Below are positions 53,778 through 63,377 of a stretch of 64,000 bases of DNA, piece by piece. Each line of letters opens with the position of its first letter. The first letter of the stretch is position 1. This DNA comes from Candidatus Sericytochromatia bacterium (GTDB lineage Bacteria > Cyanobacteriota > Sericytochromatia > S15B-MN24 > UBA4093), in contig JAKFCW010000044.1 of the NCBI GenBank assembly GCA_036676455.1, positions 1,212-65,211 of the forward strand, read 5' to 3'. Under the pieces are notes generated by a model. That model was not told where the DNA came from. It did not search any database and was given only the letters and a program-made list of their open reading frames with translations. A program made the position numbers and the translations under genes.

Positions 53778-55105
53778 GCCCCAAGTACCTGCTCGCCCTC
53801 CTCGGACTGGGGCTCTACGCGCCCAGCGCCATGGCAAGCCCGGTCTCGCTGGCCGAGGTGATGCAGCGGGCGATCGCCAGCAGCCCCGCCGTCCGATCCG
53901 CGAAGGCCGCCCACGACCTGGATGCCGCCCAGGTCCAAGAGGCGCGTTCGGCCTTCCTTCCGCAGCTTTCCATCTCCGGCAACGCGCTCCAGCTCGACGG
54001 ATCCCCGGTGGCTGTCTTCGGCATCCCGAGCAGCGGCCCTCAGTCGGGCTTCGGGGGCGTTGCTGGCATGACCTTTGCCAAGCCGGGAGAGCCCATGGTC
54101 CTGGCCTCGGTCACGGTCACCCAGCCTATATTCGCGGGCTTCCGCAACCTCAACGGCTACCACGCGGCACTTCGCCAGGCCGAGGCCACCTCGCTTGAGC
54201 TCGAGCGGGCCCGCCGCAAGGCCGCCATGGAGGCCCTGGACGCCCTGAGTGCGTGGCAGCAGAAGCAGGCCGCGAGTCAGGGACTCGAGGCCCTCGTGAA
54301 GAAGGCCAGGACCCGCCTTGACTGGGTGGAAGCCCGAACAACGGCCGGGGCGAGCGGCACGCTCGATCGCTTGCAATCCCAGGTGCAGCTGGCTCGATTC
54401 GAGCGTCAGCTCGCCGAGGCCCGCCGCGACGCGCTTCTCGCCCAGGAACTCGTGATCGAGCGGCTGGGCGGCGAGTTGGCGGGGCTCGACGCGGCTCCCC
54501 TGGAGTGGAGCTTGCCGCGGATGACGCAGGACGAGGCGATCGCCATGGCCATGCGCGAGCGGCTCGACCTGAAGGCCCAGGCCCTCCTCGAAGAGGCCTC
54601 CGAGAGCCAGGCGCGCGCCGCGCATGCCGGCTACTTGCCCACCGTCTCGGCCTTCGGCACCACCAGCCAGCTCGGGGACAACTCCGCGGCCCGTGGCGCC
54701 ATCCTCGGCGTTCAGGCCAGCTGGATTCCCTTCGATGGTCTGCGGACCCAGGCGGGCATCTCCAAGGCGAACGCGCTGAGCGCCAAGCGCTCTGCCGACC
54801 GCGACGCCTTGACCCGGGCCGTTGCGAACGAGGTGAAGCAGGCCTACGCCGACTGGCTCTCCGCGCTGAGCCTGCATGACCTGCGCCAGCAGGAGCTGGC
54901 CCTGAGCGAGGAGGCCCGTCGCCTCGCCAAGAGCATCCGGAGCGAAGGCGCCCTCACCTTGACCGCGTTCACCGATGCCGAGATGGATCGCCTTCAGGCG
55001 GGCTCGGAACTAGAAAGCGCGCGTCTCGCGCTGCGGCGCAGCGAGCTGAAGCTCGCCATGGCCCTCGGTTTTTCCCCCGAACGATTGATCCGTCAGGAGA
55101 ACTAG
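53774..55105 (+). CDS. TolC-family outer-membrane channel
   Basis: 443 aa. Signal peptide. Two-repeat TolC architecture. ATGA overlap with the merR stop. Confidence 0.85.
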   Translation: MSPKYLLALLGLGLYAPSAMASPVSLAEVMQRAIASSPAVRSAKAAHDLDAAQVQEARSAFLPQLSISGNALQLDGSPVAVFGIPSSGPQSGFGGVAGMTFAKPGEPMVLASVTVTQPIFAGFRNLNGYHAALRQAEATSLELERARRKAAMEALDALSAWQQKQAASQGLEALVKKARTRLDWVEARTTAGASGTLDRLQSQVQLARFERQLAEARRDALLAQELVIERLGGELAGLDAAPLEWSLPRMTQDEAIAMAMRERLDLKAQALLEEASESQARAAHAGYLPTVSAFGTTSQLGDNSAARGAILGVQASWIPFDGLRTQAGISKANALSAKRSADRDALTRAVANEVKQAYADWLSALSLHDLRQQELALSEEARRLAKSIRSEGALTLTAFTDAEMDRLQAGSELESARLALRRSELKLAMALGFSPERLIRQEN

Positions 55106-55109
55106 ACCA

Positions 55110-56387
55110 GTGAAAGCGAAGAAGATCGGCCTCTTGGCCGCTGCCGTGATCGTCGTCGCCGGAGGCGCGTTCTATGGCCTCCGCCGGGACCCCGTCGTGA
55201 GCGTCACCCGTCTGGAGGTCGGGGACGTGGTCGAGGCCATCTACTCGACCGGAGTGGTCGCCTCCGAACGCTCCGCCACCCTGCGCTCCAGCGTGACGGG
55301 TAGCGTGCGAGCCCTTCCCCTGCGCGCGGGGGATGCCGTGACGGCGGGCCAGGTCCTGGTTTCGCTCGACTCCACGTCCCAGCGGCTCTCCATCTCGGAA
55401 GCCGAGGCCAACGCCAAGCAAGCGAAGGCGTCGGTCGCCGAGGCGCGGAGCAACCTGGACCTCCTGCTGCGCGGGGCGCGCCGGGAAGAGCGCGATCAGG
55501 CTCGTGCCGCGCTTCAGCAAGCCAAGGCGGACCTGAAGGGCAGCGAACTCGACCTGGCCCGCAGCGAACGTCTGCTTCGCGCGTCGGCATCCACCCAGGC
55601 GGAGGTCGAGACCCTGACCCAGCGGGTCGCCGCGGACCGAGCCCGCGTGAAGCTGGCCGAGGCGCAGCTCGCCGTCCTGGAGAGCGGATCGCGCGAGGAG
55701 CAAATCGCTGCGTCGAAGGCCCAGCTGGCCGTCGCCGAGGCGCAGCTGGCGCAGCGCGAGGCTCAGCTGGCTCGTAGCCGCCATGGACTCGGTGATTTCG
55801 ACCTGACGGCGCCCTTCGCGGGCCTCGTCTCGGGCTACCTGGTGCAGGAAGGAGACTCCGTCTCGCCGGGCACCGCGCTCGCCACGCTGGTGGATCCCTC
55901 CGCGTTCGTCATCCGGACCGCCATCGACGAGGTCGACATCCTCAAGGTCAAGCCCGGCCAGGAGGCGCTGGTCTCGCTGGACGCCAAGCCGGAGGTCACG
56001 CTTGCCGGTAAGGTGGAGCGCGTGATCCCGAAGACCGATCCCGTCGCCAAGACCGCCGACGTGATCGTGACGCTTGATAAGCTGCCCGTGGGCTTTCTAG
56101 AGGGCATGACGGCCACCGTCAACCTCGTGACCGATCGGCGCCGCGCCATCACCGCTCCTGCCGCGGCGCTCGTCCGGGAAGGCGAGAAGAGCTACCTCTG
56201 GCGCTTGTCGCCGGAGAATACCCTCTCGCGGGTGGCCTTCGAGCCCGGCATCCAGGACGGCAACCGCATCGAGGTGAAGGGCGCGGACATCAAGGAAGGT
56301 GACACGATCGTCGCATCCGTCGCCAAGAGTCTGCGCGAGGGCCGCCGGGTCCGGACCGAGACCTCCGCTCCCAACCAGGGACGTTAA
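55110..56387 (+). CDS. Periplasmic adaptor (membrane fusion protein, HlyD/MacA-like)
   Basis: 425 aa, GTG start. N-terminal TM anchor, long coiled-coil hairpin, and barrel domains. Confidence 0.85.
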   Translation: MKAKKIGLLAAAVIVVAGGAFYGLRRDPVVSVTRLEVGDVVEAIYSTGVVASERSATLRSSVTGSVRALPLRAGDAVTAGQVLVSLDSTSQRLSISEAEANAKQAKASVAEARSNLDLLLRGARREERDQARAALQQAKADLKGSELDLARSERLLRASASTQAEVETLTQRVAADRARVKLAEAQLAVLESGSREEQIAASKAQLAVAEAQLAQREAQLARSRHGLGDFDLTAPFAGLVSGYLVQEGDSVSPGTALATLVDPSAFVIRTAIDEVDILKVKPGQEALVSLDAKPEVTLAGKVERVIPKTDPVAKTADVIVTLDKLPVGFLEGMTATVNLVTDRRRAITAPAAALVREGEKSYLWRLSPENTLSRVAFEPGIQDGNRIEVKGADIKEGDTIVASVAKSLREGRRVRTETSAPNQGR

Positions 56388-56388
56388 G

Positions 56389-57639
56389 ATGCCGACGCGC
56401 TTCCACCTCTTCATCGCCCTGAGGCACCTCCTGACGCGCCGGCGACAGACCCTGCTGACGGTGCTGGGGGTGGCCGTGGGGGCCATGATCCTCATCACGA
56501 CCTTGTCGTTGACCGAGGGGCTCATCACGGACATCGAGGACACGATCATCGAGGCCTCTCCCCACCTGGTCATGAAGGCGGAGTCGCTTGCGCCGGCGCG
56601 AGAGCGCCTGGTCGACGGGGACCTGGTGGCGCTTCAGCGCCAGGGCCGTCGCGCCGTGCCCGACAAGCTGAAGAACGGATTCGTCCTGGACCGGCAACTC
56701 GCCCGGACCGAAGGCATCGCCGCGACCTCCCCCTACGTGGAGGTTCGCGGGATCCTGCGCTACGGCACCCGTTTCCGTCCCGTCGTCGCTTCTGGCGTCA
56801 TGCCGGAGCGCGAAGCGGAGGTCTCCACCCTTGCCGAGAAGATGATCGCGGGCCGCTGGGATGCGCTCAATCAGTCGTCCGACGGCATCGTCATCGGGCG
56901 CCTGCTGGCCAAGAACCTGGGCGTCAATCCGGGAGACCGCGTCCGCCTGGTGGATCCGGAGGGCCGGCTCTGGAACCTGCGCGTGCTCGGCGTCTTCAAG
57001 GCGGGCATCAAGAACATCGACGAGTCGACCGCTTACCTGAATTTGCGTCAAGCCCAGACCATTCGCCGTTTCGGCAAGGAGACCCTCAGCGGCATCAATG
57101 CCCGAGTCTTCGAGCCCCGCAAGGTGGGCCCCGTCGCCGAGAGTCTGCGCGCGAGCGCGGGCCAGCGGGTGGATACCTGGGAGGAGACCAACAAGACGGT
57201 CCTCGCGAGCTTCCGCCGCAACAACCAGACGACGCTGATTTTGGTCCTCTTCACCTTCATCGTTTCCGGCTTCGGGATCTCGAACGTGCTCAACACCGTC
57301 GTCCTCGAGAAGGTGCGCGACATCGCCGTCCTGAAGTCGCTGGGAGTGACCGGACGCGGCATCACCATGATCTTCACTCTCGAGGGCCTGCTCATCGGGA
57401 TCCTGGGGGCTGCGCTCGGAGGCATGCTCGGCTGGGGGCTAAGCACCCTGGTCGCCATGGCCCCGCTGAGCTACGGTGACGCCGCCTTCATCCAATCGGG
57501 CCGCATCGCCATGGCCCAGGAGCCTTGGTTCTACTGGCTGACGCTGGGATTCTCGATCGTCATCGCGACGGTCGCGAGCCGGGGGCCAAGCCGCAAGGCA
57601 GCCGAGCTGACGCCGGTCGCCATCTTCCGGGGGTACTAG
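56389..57639 (+). CDS. FtsX-like ABC permease (MacB/LolC/E architecture), paralog 1
   Basis: Start at MPTRFHLFIALRHL, 1 nt after the upstream TAA. TM1, large periplasmic domain, then 3 TM. Confidence 0.85.
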   Translation: MPTRFHLFIALRHLLTRRRQTLLTVLGVAVGAMILITTLSLTEGLITDIEDTIIEASPHLVMKAESLAPARERLVDGDLVALQRQGRRAVPDKLKNGFVLDRQLARTEGIAATSPYVEVRGILRYGTRFRPVVASGVMPEREAEVSTLAEKMIAGRWDALNQSSDGIVIGRLLAKNLGVNPGDRVRLVDPEGRLWNLRVLGVFKAGIKNIDESTAYLNLRQAQTIRRFGKETLSGINARVFEPRKVGPVAESLRASAGQRVDTWEETNKTVLASFRRNNQTTLILVLFTFIVSGFGISNVLNTVVLEKVRDIAVLKSLGVTGRGITMIFTLEGLLIGILGAALGGMLGWGLSTLVAMAPLSYGDAAFIQSGRIAMAQEPWFYWLTLGFSIVIATVASRGPSRKAAELTPVAIFRGY

Positions 57640-58902
57640 ATGCGCATCGGCTATCTTTTTCCCATCGCCCTCCGCCACCTCCTGGGACAGCGTCGCCAGA
57701 CCAGCCTCACGATTGGCGGGGTCGCCGTCGGGGTCACGGTCCTGCTGGTCATCTCGGGCCTCATGAACGGCCTGCTGGTCAGCTTCACCGAGACGATCGT
57801 CGATGCCGCTCCGCACGTGGTGATGACCGGTGAGAAGAGCCAGGCGGAGGACACCTCCAACCTGGCCGCGAAGGCATGGCCCCAGGCGCTGGTCGGACTC
57901 ACGAACCGCGGCGAGCCCACGGAGCGTGGGTTCATGCGGGCTTACGCTGAGCGCGAGCGCCAGGCCCGCGAGATCCCGGGCCTTGACACGGTCTCGCCGT
58001 TCGTCAACAGCCAGGTGATTGCCGCCGGCGGCGCGGAGACCAAGCCTCTGCTGCTGAGCGGCGTCCTGCCGGACCGTGAGGAGCGGATCGTCAAGCTGAC
58101 GCGCCGGGTCAAGGACGGCAGCTTCGAGGCGTTCCGGGCCAATCCGCTGGGCATCTTGCTGGGAACGGCGGCGGCCAAGGACCTGGACGTGAGCGTGGGC
58201 GATCGCCTTCGCCTGATCAGCCCCAGCGGCCGGGTCATCGCCATGCGGGTCGTCGGCACCTACTCCACGGGGGTCAAGGCCCTCGACGAGAAGGGCTACG
58301 TCCACCTGCGTCAGGCCCAGATCCTCGAAGAGCTGGATTCCGGCTCGGTGAGCGGCCTCAGTTTCACGGTGCAGGACCTCGGCGCCGTCGACGCCATCGC
58401 CGCTGCCATGTCGGCCCGGACCGGGCTCAAGGTCTCGACATGGCGCGAAACCAACGCGAACATCATCTCGCTCTTCAAGACCATCGGCACCATCGCACGC
58501 CTCTTGGTGGTCTTCACCATCGTGGTCGCCGGCTTCGGGGTCGCCAACGTCCTCATCACCGTGGTGCTGGGCAAGAGCCGCGACATCAGCCTGCTGCGCA
58601 CCATCGGCTTCACCCGCGCCAGGATCCTCGTCCTCTTCCTGATCGAAGGAGGGCTGATCGGCCTGGTTGGAGCGCTCGGCGGTGCCGCCCTGGGCTTCGT
58701 CGTCACCTCGTTGCTCTCTTTGGTCCCGGTGGCGGGCGAGAGCGAGTACGCGGTTCGCAAGACCCTGACCATGGATCAAGACCCGCAAACCTACCTGATG
58801 ACGGCCGTCTTCGCGCTCGTCATCTGCCTGATTGCCAGCGTCGGGCCCGCCCGTCGCGCCAGCCGCCTGCGCCCGATCGATGTCCTGAGAGGTGAGTCAT
58901 GA
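57640..58902 (+). CDS. FtsX-like ABC permease (MacB/LolC/E architecture), paralog 2
   Basis: 420 aa, MRIGYLFPIALRHL. Same topology as paralog 1. Starts immediately after the upstream stop. Confidence 0.85.
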   Translation: MRIGYLFPIALRHLLGQRRQTSLTIGGVAVGVTVLLVISGLMNGLLVSFTETIVDAAPHVVMTGEKSQAEDTSNLAAKAWPQALVGLTNRGEPTERGFMRAYAERERQAREIPGLDTVSPFVNSQVIAAGGAETKPLLLSGVLPDREERIVKLTRRVKDGSFEAFRANPLGILLGTAAAKDLDVSVGDRLRLISPSGRVIAMRVVGTYSTGVKALDEKGYVHLRQAQILEELDSGSVSGLSFTVQDLGAVDAIAAAMSARTGLKVSTWRETNANIISLFKTIGTIARLLVVFTIVVAGFGVANVLITVVLGKSRDISLLRTIGFTRARILVLFLIEGGLIGLVGALGGAALGFVVTSLLSLVPVAGESEYAVRKTLTMDQDPQTYLMTAVFALVICLIASVGPARRASRLRPIDVLRGES

Positions 58903-59606
58903 GCCTGATTTCCGTACGCCAGATGAGCAAGGACCTCTTGCTTCCTGGCGCGCCCCCCGCGCCGATCCTGAGGGACCTGACCTTCGAGATCGAAAAAGGG
59001 GAGTTCGTGGCCATCACGGGCCCCAGCGGCTCCGGCAAATCGACCCTGCTGTACCTGCTGGGCGGACTCGATCACCCGACCCGGGGCGAGTTGCTCTTCG
59101 ACGGCGAGGACCTGTCCCGGATGTCGGACGACGAGCTGACCCACAAGCGTAACCGTCAGATCGGCTTCGTCTACCAGTTTCACTACCTGCTGCCCGAGTT
59201 CTCGGCCCTGGAGAACGTCATGATGCCGCTGCTGGCGTCGGAAGCCATGAGCCGCAAGGAGGCCGCCGCGCGCGCCGAGGAGGTGCTCACGGCCGTGGGT
59301 CTCGCGGACAGGCTGGGGCACCTGCCCAAGCAGCTCTCGGGAGGGCAGCAGCAGCGCGTCAGCATCGCGCGCGCCCTGGCCAACCACCCGAGCGTGCTAT
59401 TCGGCGACGAGCCGACCGGCAATCTGGATACGGTCAACACGCAGGCGATTTACGAGTTGCTGCGGGAGCTGAATCGCACGACCGGGCAGACGATTGTGAT
59501 TGTGACGCATGACGAGGCGATCGCCGAGAAGGCCGACCGCCAGATCCAGGTGGTGGACGGCGTCATCGCATTCGATCAGCGCCGGACCGAGGCGAAACAC
59601 TGCTAG
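58899..59606 (+). CDS. ABC transporter ATP-binding protein (LolD/MacB-NBD type)
   Basis: Walker [10 protein letters not shown], signature LSGGQQQRV, Walker [13 protein letters not shown] overlap with the upstream stop. Confidence 0.92.
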   Translation: MSLISVRQMSKDLLLPGAPPAPILRDLTFEIEKGEFVAITGPSGSGKSTLLYLLGGLDHPTRGELLFDGEDLSRMSDDELTHKRNRQIGFVYQFHYLLPEFSALENVMMPLLASEAMSRKEAAARAEEVLTAVGLADRLGHLPKQLSGGQQQRVSIARALANHPSVLFGDEPTGNLDTVNTQAIYELLRELNRTTGQTIVIVTHDEAIAEKADRQIQVVDGVIAFDQRRTEAKHC

Positions 59607-59681
59607 CATGAGCGTCTGCGCCGTTGAATGCTGACGGTTAATTTGCGATACTGAGGGCGTCTTCGCTCTCCGATACGATTG

Positions 59682-60917
59682 ATGCAAGGATACCGTTTGC
59701 GAGCCAGCGAGCCGGAACTCACCAACCTGGAAGCGGAAAACGCGAGGCTTCGTGAACGGGTCGCCGCCCTGGAGACGCGGGTGGCGAGCCTCGAGGCGTG
59801 TGAGAGTGAGACCATGCTGGCTGAATCCCAGCGTCTGGCACGCATCGGCAGCTGGGAATTGGACGTCGCGACCCGCCAGCTGACCTGGTCGGAGCAGCAG
59901 TTTCGTAACTTCGGGTTCGTGCCGTGCAAGACTCCGATCAACCGGGCGCTCGCCATCGCGCAAGTCGATCCCCGCGACCTGAAGCGTCACGAGGCGGTAG
60001 TGAGCGCTGCCCTCGAGTCGGGCGAAGGCTTTTCCATCCATTACCGGGTCCTCCACCCGGATGGCACGGTACTCAACCTCCACAGCATCGGGCGTCCCGT
60101 CTTCGATGACCAGGGACGGCTCATCAAGTTCGTTGGGACCAGCCAGGACGTCACCGAGCGAATCCAGCTCGAGGACCAGCTACGCGACCAGTACAAGCAG
60201 CTCGTGAAGCTCGACCAGCTCAAGAGCAATTTCGTCAACTCGGTCACCCATGAGCTCCGGACTCCTTTGACCAGCATCATGGGTTATGCCGAGTTCCTCG
60301 AGGATGAAATTGGCGGACCGATCACCGCCGAGCAGCGCGTCTTCCTCGATCAAATCCAGCATGGAGCCAGGAGACTCGAGTACCTGCTCAACGATCTGCT
60401 CGACTTTGCCCGCCTGGAGGCCGGCACCTTCACGCTGAAGCTTGCGCCCGCCGATCTTTGCGCCCGGATCGTCGAGGTGATAGCGAGCCTGAAGCCCCAG
60501 GCCGACGCCTCTCGGCTCGTGGTCGAGCTCTTCTTGCCTGACCCCCCGCTGGAGCTAGACATGGACGCCCAGCGCATCGGTCAGGTCCTGACCAATCTTC
60601 TCTCCAATGCGCTCAAGTTCTCACCCGTGGGTGGCACGATCACTGTCTCGGCTTGCCGGCAAGGCGAGCGGGTCCGCTGCGAAATCCGGGACCACGGGCC
60701 GGGCATCACTGAAGAGGACATGCCAAGGTTGTTCCAGCGCTTCTCGCAGTTGGAGGAGGGCGTGCGGATGGGCAAGGGGACGGGGCTTGGACTTTCTATC
60801 AGCAAGGCCCTCGTCGAGGCCCACGGCGGGGCCATCGGGGTATCCAGCACGCCCGGAGTGGGTAGCACCTTCTGGTTCGAACTCCCCGTCCAGCCTCACC
60901 AGGCGCAGGGGCGGTAG
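59682..60917 (+). CDS. Coiled-coil-PAS sensor histidine kinase (cytoplasmic)
   Basis: H-box VTHELRTPLTSI and an ATPase domain (GTGLGLSISK). ATG 59682 is preferred over TTG 59679. Confidence 0.88.
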   Translation: MQGYRLRASEPELTNLEAENARLRERVAALETRVASLEACESETMLAESQRLARIGSWELDVATRQLTWSEQQFRNFGFVPCKTPINRALAIAQVDPRDLKRHEAVVSAALESGEGFSIHYRVLHPDGTVLNLHSIGRPVFDDQGRLIKFVGTSQDVTERIQLEDQLRDQYKQLVKLDQLKSNFVNSVTHELRTPLTSIMGYAEFLEDEIGGPITAEQRVFLDQIQHGARRLEYLLNDLLDFARLEAGTFTLKLAPADLCARIVEVIASLKPQADASRLVVELFLPDPPLELDMDAQRIGQVLTNLLSNALKFSPVGGTITVSACRQGERVRCEIRDHGPGITEEDMPRLFQRFSQLEEGVRMGKGTGLGLSISKALVEAHGGAIGVSSTPGVGSTFWFELPVQPHQAQGR

Positions 60918-62290
60918 TCCTTCAGGAAGACCCCGAAGAACGGGGTTTCCGGCTGGCTGACACCCTGGGCGACGGGATGGTAGATCCTCGAGGCACCGTC
61001 GATGATGTCGAGCGGCGGAAAGAACCCTCGTTCGCCCTGCCCTTTCTCGCGCTTGGGGGTCGGGTTCTCGTCGGTGACCCAGCCCGTATCGACGCTCGTC
61101 ATGTAGATGCCGTCACGCGCGAAATCCTCGCCGGAGGTGCGCGTCATCATGTTCAAGGCGGCCTTCGCCATATTGGTATGTGGGTGGTAGACCGTCTTGT
61201 GGCGGTTGAACTGCCCTTCCATGGCCGAGACGTTGACGATGAAGCGCCGCGCGAACGGGGAGCGGAGCATCAACGGCTTCAGGCGGCTATTCAGCAAGAA
61301 CGGCGCGGTCACGTTGATCAGCTGCACCTCGAGCATCTCGGGGGCGCTGACCTCATCGAGGCGCAGCATCCAGCTGTTGCTGGAACGCGAATCCATGCGT
61401 TCCTCGTTGTCCACGAAGCGATCGACGGCCATCACATCCTTCAGCGCAGGCAGCACCGTCGTTCCCTCCGTGAGCGCGAGGGTTGAGGACTGCGGCGCCT
61501 CCTGAGCGACCAAGCGGCGAGCCTCCAGCGGCAGGGCCTCCATGGGACGCTGCTCCTGGGCGATCAGCTCCGAGTAGAAGCCTTGCGGGCGCCGGACGGT
61601 CTGGGCCGCGTTGTGGATCACGATTTCGAGCGAGGACAGCGTCTGCGAAAGATGCTGGGCGAACGCCTCGACGGCCGGGATGTTCCGCAGGTCGAGGCCG
61701 TAGACCTGCAAGCGGTGCAGCCACTCGGCGGAGTCGGGCTCGGCGTGGAGACGCTTGGCGGCGGCGTAGGGAAAGCGGGTCGTGACGATCACGTGGGCGC
61801 CGTCGCGCAGCAGGCGCAGCACGGTCTGGTGACCGATCTTCACGCGTCCGCCCGTCACCAGCGCGGTTTGCCCCGTGAGGTCGGCGCGCAGGTGCCGCAT
61901 CTGGAAATTGAAGGCGGCACAGGACGGGCAGAGCAGGTGGTAGAACGGATGGACCTCGGTGAAGCTCGCCTTGCAGACGTAGCAATTCTCAGGCTTGTTG
62001 AGGGTTCTGGCCACGGGGCTCGCAGCCGGAAGCAACGGCGTCTCGGCAGGCAGGGCATCGCGCTGGATCTTCACCATGGCCGTGGAGGCCTGCATGGCGC
62101 GATCTTCCTGTTCGAGGCGCTGCCGCTCGACCTTCCGGTCATGGTGCTTGCCTTCGCGGTAGATCTTCGAAATCAGGCTGTTAAAGCGAAGACTACGGGG
62201 CATGGCGCCCCCCGCATCCGCGAATCGTTGCAAGACGCTGAGACAGGTTTCCATCTCGGCGGGAGAAATGCTATCCAGGGGCTCCTCCAT
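60896..62290 (-). CDS. SDR-fold oxidoreductase with an approximately 135-aa N-terminal extension carrying a CxxC-x14-CxxC zinc ribbon
   Basis: 464 aa. Zinc ribbon CYVCKASFTEVHPFYHLLCPSC and Rossmann motif ALVTGGRVKIG. The expected YxxxK region reads HTNMAKAAL. The 3' end overlaps the kinase by 22 nt. Confidence 0.75.
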   Translation of the reverse strand: MEEPLDSISPAEMETCLSVLQRFADAGGAMPRSLRFNSLISKIYREGKHHDRKVERQRLEQEDRAMQASTAMVKIQRDALPAETPLLPAASPVARTLNKPENCYVCKASFTEVHPFYHLLCPSCAAFNFQMRHLRADLTGQTALVTGGRVKIGHQTVLRLLRDGAHVIVTTRFPYAAAKRLHAEPDSAEWLHRLQVYGLDLRNIPAVEAFAQHLSQTLSSLEIVIHNAAQTVRRPQGFYSELIAQEQRPMEALPLEARRLVAQEAPQSSTLALTEGTTVLPALKDVMAVDRFVDNEERMDSRSSNSWMLRLDEVSAPEMLEVQLINVTAPFLLNSRLKPLMLRSPFARRFIVNVSAMEGQFNRHKTVYHPHTNMAKAALNMMTRTSGEDFARDGIYMTSVDTGWVTDENPTPKREKGQGERGFFPPLDIIDGASRIYHPVAQGVSQPETPFFGVFLKDYRPCAW

Positions 62291-62295
62291 TCCAT

Positions 62296-62450
62296 CTAAA
62301 TAGCGTTGCGTTGACTTGAGACACTTGACCTGGAAACGCTATTCAAGGGTTCTACTCCAATATGCCGCGGATGATGGGAGGATCGGTATCGACTTCAATC
62401 AAGGGTTGTAACCCACGCTCCCTGTATCACATCAGTGCGACGCTATTTAG
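62296..62450. repeat. ACGCTATT motif triplet (one inverted, two direct), including an 11-bp inverted repeat
   Basis: CTAAATAGCGT (62296-62306) pairs with ACGCTATTTAG (62440-62450). A third ACGCTATT lies at 62336-62343. Confidence 0.5.
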
Positions 62451-62762
62451 TACCATATCAAGTTAAGTCTAAACGCGCCTCCCCTGTCCCCGCTAGAGGG
62501 GTTCCGGTTTTTTGGGCACAATGTAAGCGATACTTTGGAGTCCAAGGAGGTCATCGTCGACTGCAAAGCTTCAGGCCTACCGATCCCGGCTCTCTCGCCG
62601 GGAAATCTTGCCCCGAGGCAGCGGTCGGCTCTAAAAAGGCAGGATTCGCAGGTGAGGCAACACAACCGATATTATTAAACGACGCCAGACCCTTTACATG
62701 ACAAAATTCCTGCAATTAGGATGGGTAATTATCGAGGACTCGCAGGTTCCACCAGGTCCAGC

Positions 62763-63302
62763 ATGCTAAAAGTATATTTCAACAGGAAATTCTCCGCATT
62801 CATCGCAGCAGCTAGCCTGGCGATAGTGGGCTTTTGCTTGCTAGGTTTGAGGAACTTCGGCCCAGATCTTCCCCTTTGGCCAACCCTCTTCATCGGCCTC
62901 ATGGTGCCAATCGGGATTTACGGCTTCATCGTTGGTGTTCGCCAACTACTGCATCCGCCACTCATGTTTTCCGCCGATCGTCGTGGGGTAACCATCCACT
63001 ACAACGCCGACCGCCGGGTTTATGGCGGCCCTGGGGTGTTTCTGCCCTGGGAAATCGTTGGCAAGCTCGAACTCATCTAGGTTCCTGTCCGAGATCATCA
63101 CGTGGCCTGGGTCATCCGGTGCGCCCTGACCGCCCCGCCCCCCTTCCCGGTGCAGGCACATAGTGTCGTCTGGATCCCGTCTTGGAAGGAGCAGACCTTT
63201 TGCCTGGATGCCTACACGGGGACGGTCGCCATGCAAGATCTGCTTGATAGGCTACGCTCTCTGCAAAAGGCAGCCCTGGGGAGTGGAAGAACAAAGAATT
63301 AA
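62763..63302 (+). pseudogene. Two-TM plus PH-like (STM3941-like) membrane protein gene interrupted by one in-frame TAG (63078-63080)
   Basis: Track ORFs 62721-63080 and 63102-63302 share a frame. The joined translation reads ...LPWEIVGKLELI*VPVRDHHVAWVIRCAL... The locus is in low-GC DNA. Confidence 0.55.
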
Positions 63303-63342
63303 ACGGACCGCTCGTTTTGGCGTCAGGTCACCAGGAGAAAAG

Positions 63343-63377
63343 CCAAGCCCGTCGACTGTGTTGCAGACGACGGGCTT
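63343..63377. terminator. Hairpin between convergent genes (11-bp stem)
   Basis: CAAGCCCGTCG-13 nt-CGACGGGCTTG. Confidence 0.55.

Noticed and set aside
63078-63080. The in-frame TAG as a pyrrolysine or reassigned codon
   Set aside because: TAG clearly terminates other well-supported genes here (for example 3878-3880, 11121-11123, 15499-15501). No pyl genes are visible. A pseudogene or a sequencing error is more parsimonious.
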